This document shows positions 28,122 through 36,982 of a stretch of DNA of 54,517 nt, piece by piece (the first letter of the stretch is position 1; every line of letters begins with the position of its first letter). A program made the position numbers and the translations under genes. The stretch is from positions 1-54,517 of the forward strand of contig WGFI01000099.1 in assembly GCA_015492295.1 (NCBI GenBank), written 5' to 3'. Below the pieces are notes generated by a model. The model ran no database searches and was not told the DNA's origin. It saw only the letters and a list, made by a program, of their open reading frames with translations. This DNA comes from a candidate division WOR-3 bacterium. GTDB taxonomy: Bacteria > Hydrothermota > Hydrothermia > LBFQ01.

Positions 28122-30226
28122 AGCTAAATGTATTAACACTTAGAGGGATCTTTTCTTATAGAGGCGAGGGTAAAGTCGGCGATTTGGTTGAAGTTCCTTT
28201 AAGAAACAAGAAAGCCATTGGAGTTGTTTGGTCCGTTGATGAAACGGATGAGGAGAATCTGAAAGATGCAAAGAATTTAAACATAAACATTCCTGGGGAT
28301 GTTTTAAGGTTGGTTGAGTTCGCATCAACATACTATTTCTCACCGTTGAGAGCATTCATACCTCTGATAATCCCTCCATCCTACTATACCCTTTCAAAAA
28401 CATATTATAGACGAATCTCAAATGAACCTCCAAAAACGAGGTTGTTGGAGCTCTGGGAATATCTTGAAAAACCCCGAACTTTGAGATCCATAAAAAGAAA
28501 ATTCGGCAAGGATCTATCGTATCATCTTAGGAGGTGGGAAAGGGAAGGTTATATAGAGAGGTTTGAGAAGATGGTTTCACCGAGGTTGAGGGAACCTAAG
28601 ATTTACGATTTTGGAGAGTACGAGTTGCCGGCGGAAATAACCAAAGATAAGGAGAGGGTTCTTCATATAATATACAACGCCATAAACAGAGGGAATTTTA
28701 AACCGTTCCTGCTTAAAGGCCCTACGGGTTCGGGGAAGACTCTGGTGTATCTTCAAGCCATAAGAAAAACGGTGGAAAAAGGGAAAAGCTCCTTAGTTCT
28801 CGTTCCTGAGATATTCCTATCCTACCATTTGGCACGAGCATTTCAGAAGGTTTTCGGAAATATGTTCGCCCTTTATCATAGCGGCATGCCCAAGGGGGAT
28901 AGGTTGGCGGTTTGGATGGGTGTTCTTAAAGGAGATATAAAGGTGGTTATGGGTACACGGGGGGCCATATTTTTGCCGTTTAAGGATCTCGGTATGATAG
29001 TGGTTGATGAGGAGTTTGATGAGAGCTATAAGGAGGAGGAGAGGATTCCGATGTTCAACGCCAGGGATATGGCTGTATATAGGGCGAGTATTCTCAAAAT
29101 ACCCGTAATTCTCGGCAGCGCAACCCCTTCACTTGAAAGTCTTCACAATACCAGAATGCATAAGTACCATTTGTTGGAAATATCCAATGAATATTGGGAA
29201 AATCCGAAACCGGATATAAGGATCATAGATATGAGGAAGGAGAACAGATTAAAAGGGGCATTTTCGGAGAGATTCATTGAGGAGTTGAAAAGAGCGCTTG
29301 ATACCGGTAAAAACGCTATAATTTACATAAATCGCAGGGGGTATAAACCCTACTTTTTCTGCAAGGATTGCGGGACACCTATAAAGTGCGAAAGCTGCGA
29401 TGTGGTTATGGCGCTACATAAGGGAAAATACGGTGAATTTTTAAAATGCCATATTTGCGGCTATTCTCAGATGAAACCTTTAAAATGTGAATATTGTGGA
29501 GGAACGAATCTGATGGGTGCGGGAATAGGTACCCAGAGGGTTGAGGAGGCGTTGAATGAGCTTCTCGGAGTGAAGATCGCACGAATGGACTCCGATGTTA
29601 TCAGAAGAAGAAAGGAGGTGATTGATATATTAAAGAGGTTTAAGAAAGGTGATATAAGGATTCTGGTAGGTACGAAGATGGTTATAAAGGGACTTGATTT
29701 TAAGAATGTCGGTTTCGTTGGGGTTGTAAGCGCCGACGATTTTATATATTACACGGGTGATTTTAGATCCGAGGAAAAGGCCCTTCAAACGTTGGTTCAG
29801 GTTGTGGGAAGGCTCAGAACCGGTGGTAAGGCTATCGTACAAACCTACAATCCGGAACATAGGGTTATAAGCTCCCTACTAAAAGGGGATGTTGATGAAG
29901 CGATGAAAGAGATATACCTTGAAAGGAAAAAACTCGGATTCCCTCCTTTTAGAAGGATGGCGTTTTTTGAAGTCTGGACTCGTAGTGAGGACAATAGGAA
30001 TATTAACTATAAACTTCTGGAAGGGTTTGTAAAGGGATATAAGGGGGATGTAGTTGTTTGGGGCCCCTCCTATCCACCCATATCAAGGCTCAGGGATTTT
30101 TATCGTATAAGGCTTATACTCCTCTCGGATAACCATAGGAAATTTTACGATATTTTCAATACATTAAACTCATTGCGATTAAAGGGTAAGAAAATCGTGA
30201 ATGTGGATCCCATAAATATGCTCTAA
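28118..30226 (+). CDS. priA: Primosomal protein N'
   Basis: GPTGSGKT, DEE.D.SYK, SATPS, four CxxC motifs, KGLDF. Confidence 0.93.
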   Translation: MKLNVLTLRGIFSYRGEGKVGDLVEVPLRNKKAIGVVWSVDETDEENLKDAKNLNINIPGDVLRLVEFASTYYFSPLRAFIPLIIPPSYYTLSKTYYRRISNEPPKTRLLELWEYLEKPRTLRSIKRKFGKDLSYHLRRWEREGYIERFEKMVSPRLREPKIYDFGEYELPAEITKDKERVLHIIYNAINRGNFKPFLLKGPTGSGKTLVYLQAIRKTVEKGKSSLVLVPEIFLSYHLARAFQKVFGNMFALYHSGMPKGDRLAVWMGVLKGDIKVVMGTRGAIFLPFKDLGMIVVDEEFDESYKEEERIPMFNARDMAVYRASILKIPVILGSATPSLESLHNTRMHKYHLLEISNEYWENPKPDIRIIDMRKENRLKGAFSERFIEELKRALDTGKNAIIYINRRGYKPYFFCKDCGTPIKCESCDVVMALHKGKYGEFLKCHICGYSQMKPLKCEYCGGTNLMGAGIGTQRVEEALNELLGVKIARMDSDVIRRRKEVIDILKRFKKGDIRILVGTKMVIKGLDFKNVGFVGVVSADDFIYYTGDFRSEEKALQTLVQVVGRLRTGGKAIVQTYNPEHRVISSLLKGDVDEAMKEIYLERKKLGFPPFRRMAFFEVWTRSEDNRNINYKLLEGFVKGYKGDVVVWGPSYPPISRLRDFYRIRLILLSDNHRKFYDIFNTLNSLRLKGKKIVNVDPINML

Positions 30227-30236
30227 AATCCCTTAA

Positions 30237-31286
30237 ATGTCCGCTTTATTATATCCACTTATGAAGTGGGTGATCGTGGTGGGTATATTTTTCGGCTGCA
30301 TTATAGTGGGTTGGATTTTGCAGTTTATAATAACGAAGTATATAAAAAGATTGACCTCCAAAACCCGCACCAAAGTTGATGATATACTCGTTAATTCCAT
30401 AGGAAAAACTGTAATAGTTTGGTTTCTATTCTTGGGAGTATATCTTTCGGTGCAGTTTTTACCGGTGAATATACCGGCGAAGGTATTGCATCTGATAAAC
30501 TCTCTGATACTTGGGGGATTCATAGTGAGTTTCTTCTGGATATTGGGCGATGCACTTTCGGTTTTCGTTGAGGAGTACATAAGGTCTTTGAGCGAGGAGC
30601 TTCCGACATCTATTTTCAAAAATCTTACAAAGATAACGACGATAGTTATAGGTATTCTTATGGCGTTGCAGAGTGTAGGAATATCAATAGCACCCATACT
30701 TACCGCCTTAGGTGTAGGTGGTCTTGCCGTAGCGTTGGCCTTGCAGGATACCTTGGCGAACCTCTTCGCAGGGATACATATCATACTTACAAGACAGATA
30801 AGAAGGGGCGATTACATAAAGCTTGAAAGTGGTGAGGAGGGTTTCGTTGAGGATATAAATTGGAGAAATACGGTTATAAAGACGCTTCCGAATAATAGGG
30901 TGATAGTTCCGAATACGAAGATGGCGAGTTCCATATTGGTGAATTACGATCTACCTCAAAATGAAATGTCCGTGCCCGTACCCGTAGGTGTGAGTTATTC
31001 TTCCGATCTTGAAAAGGTTGAAAGGATAACTTTGGAGGTGGCGAGGGATATTCAAAGGAGCGTTGAGGGTGCAAAGAGGGACTTTGAGCCTTTCATAAGA
31101 TTCAAGGAGTTCGGCGATTCATCAATAAACCTCGTGGTTATACTTAGAGCCGAAGATTATACCAAGCAATTCGTTATTAGGCATGAGTTCATAAAGAGGT
31201 TGAAGAAGAGGTACGATGAGGAGGGTATAGAGATACCTTTCCCTCAAAGGGATGTATGGATAAGAGGTTATCCGAGGAATGATTGA
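30237..31286 (+). CDS. mscS: Small-conductance mechanosensitive channel
   Basis: LGVGGLAVALALQDTLAN, G.VEDI.WR.T, FGDSS, IPFPQ. Confidence 0.92.
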   Translation: MSALLYPLMKWVIVVGIFFGCIIVGWILQFIITKYIKRLTSKTRTKVDDILVNSIGKTVIVWFLFLGVYLSVQFLPVNIPAKVLHLINSLILGGFIVSFFWILGDALSVFVEEYIRSLSEELPTSIFKNLTKITTIVIGILMALQSVGISIAPILTALGVGGLAVALALQDTLANLFAGIHIILTRQIRRGDYIKLESGEEGFVEDINWRNTVIKTLPNNRVIVPNTKMASSILVNYDLPQNEMSVPVPVGVSYSSDLEKVERITLEVARDIQRSVEGAKRDFEPFIRFKEFGDSSINLVVILRAEDYTKQFVIRHEFIKRLKKRYDEEGIEIPFPQRDVWIRGYPRND

Positions 31287-32503
31287 GGGAGAATCATTTT
31301 CAGTATATCAAAAAAGTCGGGTTCGTTGGGATTCAACCTATCAAACCCCACATGATACTCCCCTCCCTCCTCATATATAAATGGTATCCACACTATCCTC
31401 CCTTGAACTTCAACCAATGGATAGATATCACGGAGAAATCCAGGTAGCTTCACTTTATCAAAGATATGTTTTACCTTTAACTTTCCAATGGTATCGCCGG
31501 GTTTTCTAAATCTCGCTATGGGTATGCCAGGAGTGCTAATCTTCCCCTTATATCTTCCATTATCAGCCATTTTGAGATTCAAATCCTCCAGGCGTAAAGC
31601 CCTGTTTGGAATTATAAAAATAAAATCCTTGAATTTTACGAGCTTCTTATCCCTTACAATGAAAGTTTTACCATCCCTTAAAGACATGATCCGTCTTAAA
31701 GGCTTTATTTCCACATCCATGATCCGGGATAAAACTCTAAGTGAAAGGATTTCATTTTTTATCCTTAATAAGCCCATATTTCCCGCTTTAAGGAAGTTCT
31801 CAGAGCTATAATTTTCAACCGACCCCAGCAGTTCCTCCCTTTCCTCATATAGATTTATATATGTGTTCCTGAATCTGTCGCACCAGTTTATAAATATTTT
31901 TTTCATCTCAGGTTCTACGAACATCCTTATTCTGTTTCTTGAAAATGTGGGATCCAGATTACTTTCATCCTCAATCCAAGAATATCCCGCGTTTCTAAGA
32001 GCATTCCTTATATCTTCTCTGCACATAAGTATAAGAGGCCTAACGAATATACCCACCTTAGGCGGTATAATTAGACCCAATATTCCTGTTCCTCTGATCC
32101 CATTGAACAAGAATGTTTCAAAGGCATCCGTCAGATTATGCGCCAATGCCACCTTATTAAATCCGTACTTTTTGGAGTAAATTTTAAACAATTCATATCT
32201 TTTTTTTCTCGCCTTCTCCTCTATACCTTTACCCTCAACCTTTATCCTCTCAACGAATATATCCACATTTATACTATTACAAAATTCTACGCACCATATC
32301 TCATCCCTTAGAGCATTTTTCCTTATTCCATGATTTATATGTAAGGCTGATATATCATAACCTAAATGTTTTAACGCGAGAAGACAATAGGTTGAGTCCG
32401 CTCCACCTGAAAAACCCACAAGAACCTTATCACCATCACGGAGAAGTTTGAATCTCTCCACGGCCTCAGAAACTCTTTCAAGATCTAAGGATTTTTTGAA
32501 CAT
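31268..32503 (-). CDS. tilS: tRNA(Ile)-lysidine synthase
   Basis: SGGADS, H.NHG.R, AH...D..ET, RPL, DESN...RNRIR. Confidence 0.92.
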   Translation of the reverse strand: MFKKSLDLERVSEAVERFKLLRDGDKVLVGFSGGADSTYCLLALKHLGYDISALHINHGIRKNALRDEIWCVEFCNSINVDIFVERIKVEGKGIEEKARKKRYELFKIYSKKYGFNKVALAHNLTDAFETFLFNGIRGTGILGLIIPPKVGIFVRPLILMCREDIRNALRNAGYSWIEDESNLDPTFSRNRIRMFVEPEMKKIFINWCDRFRNTYINLYEEREELLGSVENYSSENFLKAGNMGLLRIKNEILSLRVLSRIMDVEIKPLRRIMSLRDGKTFIVRDKKLVKFKDFIFIIPNRALRLEDLNLKMADNGRYKGKISTPGIPIARFRKPGDTIGKLKVKHIFDKVKLPGFLRDIYPLVEVQGRIVWIPFIYEEGGEYHVGFDRLNPNEPDFFDILKMILPQSFLG

Positions 32504-33092
32504 TCATTCTAACCCTTTTTATATCGTCTGTAAGTCCATTTAACAGTCCTTCAAGTACTCTAAAATCTCCGCTGAATTTGACATTCTCTCGTAATATACC
32601 GAGCCTTATATCGTTTAGAGCTTCCTGCAACTTTAATATGTTCCTTCTGTTTTCAAGCATCCACATCACGGTGAAAAACAGGGTTAATATGAATGTAGGC
32701 ATAAACATAAATATGTATGTTAAGTTTAAGTTGCGCCCGTGTCCTAAGATCATAGCATCAGTCTGGGAATTTAAAGAGGTCAAGATACTTTGTAAGTTTG
32801 CGACGTCTATTTTATCCCGATTCAGGATCATTCCCAAAGAGTCTAGCAATGTTATGATCTTCTCATTTTTTAATTCTTTCGCTATACTCTTGGCGGCATC
32901 CAACGATGACTTCATATAAACTTCCTGATTCATATAGGCGTACGCTATAGATTTGGAGATGTTGTTTCTGAGATCAAGGATCTTGATCTTAACATTTGCA
33001 TCCTCGCTTACTTTAATGGAATTAAAAATGAAAAGAATCGCAGAAGCTGACATTACCATCGTTGAAATCAATATACCTAATCCCCATTTCAT
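32478..33092 (-). CDS. Hypothetical two-TM membrane protein with HAMP-like tail
   Basis: TM - helical extracytoplasmic domain - TM - L...L..I..G.L......GDF..L...LN pattern. Confidence 0.6.
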   Translation of the reverse strand: MKWGLGILISTMVMSASAILFIFNSIKVSEDANVKIKILDLRNNISKSIAYAYMNQEVYMKSSLDAAKSIAKELKNEKIITLLDSLGMILNRDKIDVANLQSILTSLNSQTDAMILGHGRNLNLTYIFMFMPTFILTLFFTVMWMLENRRNILKLQEALNDIRLGILRENVKFSGDFRVLEGLLNGLTDDIKRVRMNVQKILRS

Positions 33093-33985
33093 AGGATCTT
33101 TTCCAATTCCTCTTTTAGTTCTTGTATTTCCTCTAATCTTGGGTTTAAGGCAGATAATATATCACAGATTGATATGAGTGCCTTTAAAGTGGGATAAGGT
33201 GGCAGGTGTATGTTTATGCCTTTTTCCGTAGGTTCAACTAACCCAAGGATAGGATCCAATAAGGGTTCATTTTGGGAGAACTCTATCATCTTGTAGCGAA
33301 ATTTTGTGGGGAGAGAATCATGAGATCTCAACATTTTTGAGTATATCTTGTTGATCTTTCGTGCATATTCCCTTCCATAATACTCATAGTTTCTCTCCGA
33401 CATAGGTTCATCAACGGAAAAGGCCTTAATTTCGTATATACCTTGCTGGAATAATATCTCATTGATATTCATAGTCTTTCCTCTTGAAAATGCCCCAAAA
33501 ACCACCCCGGATATTAAAACGCAGGAAACTTGAATGGGGGAATATATGCGCAGTATCCCAGAAAATCCAATATCTTTAAGCTCCTCAAAGACCTTTTGAG
33601 GTTCAGGTGTCATAGAATCCATTATTCTTGAAGACTTGTGTATTAGGGAGATCACAATAATTATATCGCTGTTGTGAGGATAAAACTTGAAGTTATACGC
33701 CTTCACTTTGGCAGAGGATGAAATCCTTCTTATAAACTCCTCATATCCGTATGAATATATATTGTCTTCGGATATACTTAGACCTTCAAGCATAACGCCA
33801 GAATCATAAAAACTAATGAACATTTCATTTAAACGAGAGAAGACCAATATCCCGGAGAGTGAATTATCCTTTATATCTCCCACCACATTTCTTAAATCAT
33901 TCCATTTTCCCTCACCTTCATAAAGGGGATCGTTGTAAAAGTCTTCAAGAATTTCTAAGATGTTTAAAGTCTTCAAGTATGCCAT
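33089..33985 (-). CDS. Hypothetical protein with two PATAN/DUF4388-like repeats
   Basis: LSGILVF...FYDSG and FSGILRI...LISG repeats. Confidence 0.5.
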   Translation of the reverse strand: MAYLKTLNILEILEDFYNDPLYEGEGKWNDLRNVVGDIKDNSLSGILVFSRLNEMFISFYDSGVMLEGLSISEDNIYSYGYEEFIRRISSSAKVKAYNFKFYPHNSDIIIVISLIHKSSRIMDSMTPEPQKVFEELKDIGFSGILRIYSPIQVSCVLISGVVFGAFSRGKTMNINEILFQQGIYEIKAFSVDEPMSERNYEYYGREYARKINKIYSKMLRSHDSLPTKFRYKMIEFSQNEPLLDPILGLVEPTEKGINIHLPPYPTLKALISICDILSALNPRLEEIQELKEELEKIL

Positions 33986-34322
33986 CTTTAACCGTATATG
34001 GATCCAATGTCCTTAAAAACGCGAATTCAAGTATCTCACCTTTATAAATGTGTTTTGCCAATTCATCGGGAGGATTTACTAAGCAATCCAGCAACTTCTC
34101 CTTTAAATTTTCCGCGGCATCGATGAGTACTATAAGATCCTTTTGGAACTTTCTCCTTATTATGAAAACTCCCGGTTCCTCAGGAACAAATTTCAATATG
34201 CTAAACTCATCAAAATCATACACATCATGCCAATCTGGCCACATCTTGATATTATAAACCCGAAAGAATTGTTCCACCTTGTAAAAATCTCTCACCTTTA
34301 AAATATCGTTTATGGATGTCAT
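33945..34322 (-). CDS. Degenerate GIY-YIG-like protein
   Basis: VPEEPGVFII...VLIDAAENLKEKL resembles UvrC N-terminal P..PGVY...YVGKA.NL..R. Confidence 0.5.
   Translation of the reverse strand: MTSINDILKVRDFYKVEQFFRVYNIKMWPDWHDVYDFDEFSILKFVPEEPGVFIIRRKFQKDLIVLIDAAENLKEKLLDCLVNPPDELAKHIYKGEILEFAFLRTLDPYTVKDGILEDFKHLRNS
34293..34304 (+). promoter_or_regulatory. Putative leaderless promoter CACCTT-TAAAAT
   Basis: 7 nt before ATG 34312, embedded in the antisense gene. Confidence 0.6.
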
Positions 34323-34719
34323 AGTGGGGATTCTTTCCGTATCAATGAATTACTTGGGGGTACCTTATAAGTACGGTGGTATGGATAGTACGGGTATGGA
34401 TTGCAGCGGTTTTGTAAAGACGGTTTTGGGACACTTTGGAATAAACGCCCCGAGAAGGGCGAGGGATTATGTTAATTTTGGGAAACCCGTACCCCTTGAC
34501 AGTATAATGCCGGGCGATATATTGCTCTTCAAGTACAAACATCCTTATGTTGATCATGTCGGGATATATATCGGCGATGGGAAGATGATACACTCCGCTT
34601 CCAGAAGGGGGGTAGTGATTGACGATTTAAAATACAGAAGAAAAAATCTCGTTGGTGCTCGCAGAATAAACTTTCCATTTAGATTCTTACCTGTGTTTGA
34701 TAGCGTAGGTGAAATATGA
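34312..34719 (+). CDS. NlpC/P60 (C40) peptidase
   Basis: LGVPYKYGG, DCSGFV, PGDILLF, HVGIY.G. Confidence 0.93.
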   Translation: MDVIVGILSVSMNYLGVPYKYGGMDSTGMDCSGFVKTVLGHFGINAPRRARDYVNFGKPVPLDSIMPGDILLFKYKHPYVDHVGIYIGDGKMIHSASRRGVVIDDLKYRRKNLVGARRINFPFRFLPVFDSVGEI

Positions 34720-34973
34720 GGTACGAACTCGATTCATGCTGCTACCCCAAGAGTTCCTGTTGCATAAAATACGGCAGGGTTAATGGTAGGCAGAGTTATA
34801 AATGCAAAAGAACCGGTAGGAGATTCATATGGGGAGGCAAGTGGTATAAATACTCCGATGTTCTTCGGAGAAAGGCGAAAGAGATGTATATTCATGGTAT
34901 GAGCATAAGGGAGATTTCACGCGAACTCGCTATTCCATACTCAACAGTTAGAAGATGGATACGCAACCTGTAA
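34716..34973 (+). CDS. IS1 InsA-like zinc-ribbon + HTH protein (stand-alone)
   Basis: K.G..NGRQ.YKCK..GR.F then Y..GMSIREISR.L.I..STV.RW; ATGA-coupled to NlpC. Confidence 0.7.
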   Translation: MRYELDSCCYPKSSCCIKYGRVNGRQSYKCKRTGRRFIWGGKWYKYSDVLRRKAKEMYIHGMSIREISRELAIPYSTVRRWIRNL

Positions 34974-34986
34974 GTTTGCAAATTTT

Positions 34987-34998
34987 CAACCTTATAAT
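34987..34998 (+). promoter_or_regulatory. Putative leaderless promoter CAACCT-TATAAT
   Basis: 7 nt before ATG 35006. Confidence 0.7.
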
Positions 34999-35005
34999 AC
35001 CTACT

Positions 35006-35377
35006 ATGAAAGATTTCCTATCGCAGGTGAGATACAGAAAATCGGGAGAATATTGCGTTGTAAGGTTCATTGGAAGTTTGGATACCGCTTATAGGGAGCC
35101 CCTGATCATGTTCTTCGCCGACAGGTTAAAGGAAGGTTCCAGATACTTTATCATTGATCTGGCCAAGACGGATTACATGTCTTCAACGATATGGGGGGCA
35201 CTTATAACGGTGGCGAAAAGGGTGAGAGAAGGTGGAGGAGATATTTACCTGTGCGGAATACATGGGCAGGTAGGTACAGTTTTCAAAATACTCCAACTCA
35301 ATAGGATCATAAAGACTTATCCTGATGTATATAAGGCTGTTGAAGATTTGGGAATCGTTGGATTGGATATAGAATAA
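35006..35377 (+). CDS. STAS domain anti-sigma-factor antagonist
   Basis: G.LD, IIDL..TDYMSS..GAL, V..VF.I..L; start reassigned to ATG 35006. Confidence 0.88.
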   Translation: MKDFLSQVRYRKSGEYCVVRFIGSLDTAYREPLIMFFADRLKEGSRYFIIDLAKTDYMSSTIWGALITVAKRVREGGGDIYLCGIHGQVGTVFKILQLNRIIKTYPDVYKAVEDLGIVGLDIE

Positions 35378-35380
35378 ATC

Positions 35381-36970
35381 ATGTTTGAGATCAACTATGT
35401 TCTATATAGGATATTTGAGGTCATAGGTGATATTGAGGAGATAAAGGGTGAAAATCGTTTTAAAGTTGAGGCGTATCGTAGGGCGGCAAAGAGGATAATA
35501 TCTTTCCCCGAAGATATAAAGTCGCTTTACGATGCCGAAGGTTTAAGAGGTTTAAAGGAGAAGCTCAAAGTGGGTGATGCGATAGCGGGAAAGATAGTGG
35601 AATATCTGCAAAGTGGAAGAATACATAAATATGAAGAATTAACCTCTGAGGTTCCCATAACTCTGATTGATCTCTTAAAAATCAGGGGTATAGGTCCAGC
35701 CACCGTAAGGGATCTGTGGAAAAAGGGTATAACCTCCTTGGAAGATTTGGAGAGATTTCTGAATAAAGAAGAGGCGAGAAAAATGTTCAAGGATCCCGAA
35801 AAAATATATGAAAATCTGAAATTTTACAAGTCTCAGAAGGATTTACTCTTGATCAGTGAAGCCGTTCCTCTGGTTAAATCATTCACCTATGAGTACAGAT
35901 CCGCCATAGCAACCGGTGCGTTCCGCAGGGGGGAGCCCTTGATAGACATCCTTGAGTTCGCGATTATGGAAGATGACGCGTTCAAATTGGCTGCATCCGG
36001 TAGGTTTGAAAACGGTTATTGGTTGTGGGGAGGCGAAAGGATACCCGTAAGGATACATATATACGATGAGGATAATTTGGGGGAGGTCTTGGTTTATTCA
36101 ACCGGTCCCGACGAGCATATACGAGCATTGATGAATCTCGGAGAGATAAAGGGTGCGAGCGAGGAGGAGGTTTATGAGAGGCTCGGTCTAAAATACATAC
36201 ATCCTTTTCAGAGGAACGATGGGAGGGAGGTTGAACTTGCACAGGATGGAAATCTTCCCAAACCGATCTTGCCCGAAAATGTAATGGGCGATTTCCATGT
36301 GCATACGACATTCTCCGACGGTTCCATGAGCGTTGAGGAGGCCATATTAAACGCGATAAATAGAGGATATACGGCCGTCGCTTTGGCTGATCATTCTCCA
36401 TCATCAGGATACGCAGGTGGATTGAATGAGGAGAGGTTGAAGGAGAAGTATCTTGAAATATTAAGATTAAGGGACAAGTATCCTTATATAAGGATACTTT
36501 TTGCTACGGAGGTTGATATAAAATCCGATGGGAGTTTGGACTATCCGGATGATATACTTGAAAAGTTTGACCTTGTAATAGCTTCCGTGCATAACTGGAA
36601 GGATGATGAGGATGTAACGGACAGATTGTTGGCTGCTATAAGGAACCCTTATGTGCATATAATAGCTCATCCACGAGGAAGGATATTGAAAAAGAGGCCT
36701 TCCTATAATGTTGATATTGATACCGTTCTTGAAAAAGCCAAGAAATACGGTAAAGTATTGGAAATAAACGCCAATCCAAAGAGGGTGGATCTTGATGCCT
36801 ATGTCATTATGGACTACGATGGACTCGTGTGCATAAATACGGATGCGCATAGGGAATGGGATATGGATTTTATGTTCATAGGGTGCGCGCAAGCGAGTAG
36901 AGCGAGGATTCCCGGCAATAGGGTTATAAACTGCGAGGAATCGGATTTCATAAAAAATCTTCACCTTTAA
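35381..36970 (+). CDS. polX: PolX/PHP protein with degenerate polymerase site
   Basis: ENRFKVEAY, HhH G.GP, GAFRR, PHP motifs DFHVHT.SDG, DHS, EVDI, AHP, EIN, TDAH. Confidence 0.9.
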   Translation: MFEINYVLYRIFEVIGDIEEIKGENRFKVEAYRRAAKRIISFPEDIKSLYDAEGLRGLKEKLKVGDAIAGKIVEYLQSGRIHKYEELTSEVPITLIDLLKIRGIGPATVRDLWKKGITSLEDLERFLNKEEARKMFKDPEKIYENLKFYKSQKDLLLISEAVPLVKSFTYEYRSAIATGAFRRGEPLIDILEFAIMEDDAFKLAASGRFENGYWLWGGERIPVRIHIYDEDNLGEVLVYSTGPDEHIRALMNLGEIKGASEEEVYERLGLKYIHPFQRNDGREVELAQDGNLPKPILPENVMGDFHVHTTFSDGSMSVEEAILNAINRGYTAVALADHSPSSGYAGGLNEERLKEKYLEILRLRDKYPYIRILFATEVDIKSDGSLDYPDDILEKFDLVIASVHNWKDDEDVTDRLLAAIRNPYVHIIAHPRGRILKKRPSYNVDIDTVLEKAKKYGKVLEINANPKRVDLDAYVIMDYDGLVCINTDAHREWDMDFMFIGCAQASRARIPGNRVINCEESDFIKNLHL

Positions 36971-36973
36971 AAT
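36962..36973 (+). promoter_or_regulatory. Putative leaderless promoter CACCTT-TAAAAT (includes polX stop)
   Basis: 9 nt before ATG 36983. Confidence 0.6.
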
Positions 36974-36982
36974 CCCTTATTT

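Noticed and set aside
30233-30784. 183-aa antisense ORF, and similar antisense ORFs within lon, pyrG, mutS, polX and sufS
   Set aside because: They lie fully opposite well-supported genes and have no motifs.
34955-35005. N-terminal extension of the STAS protein
   Set aside because: It contains the promoter motif; ATG 35006 fits the leaderless pattern.
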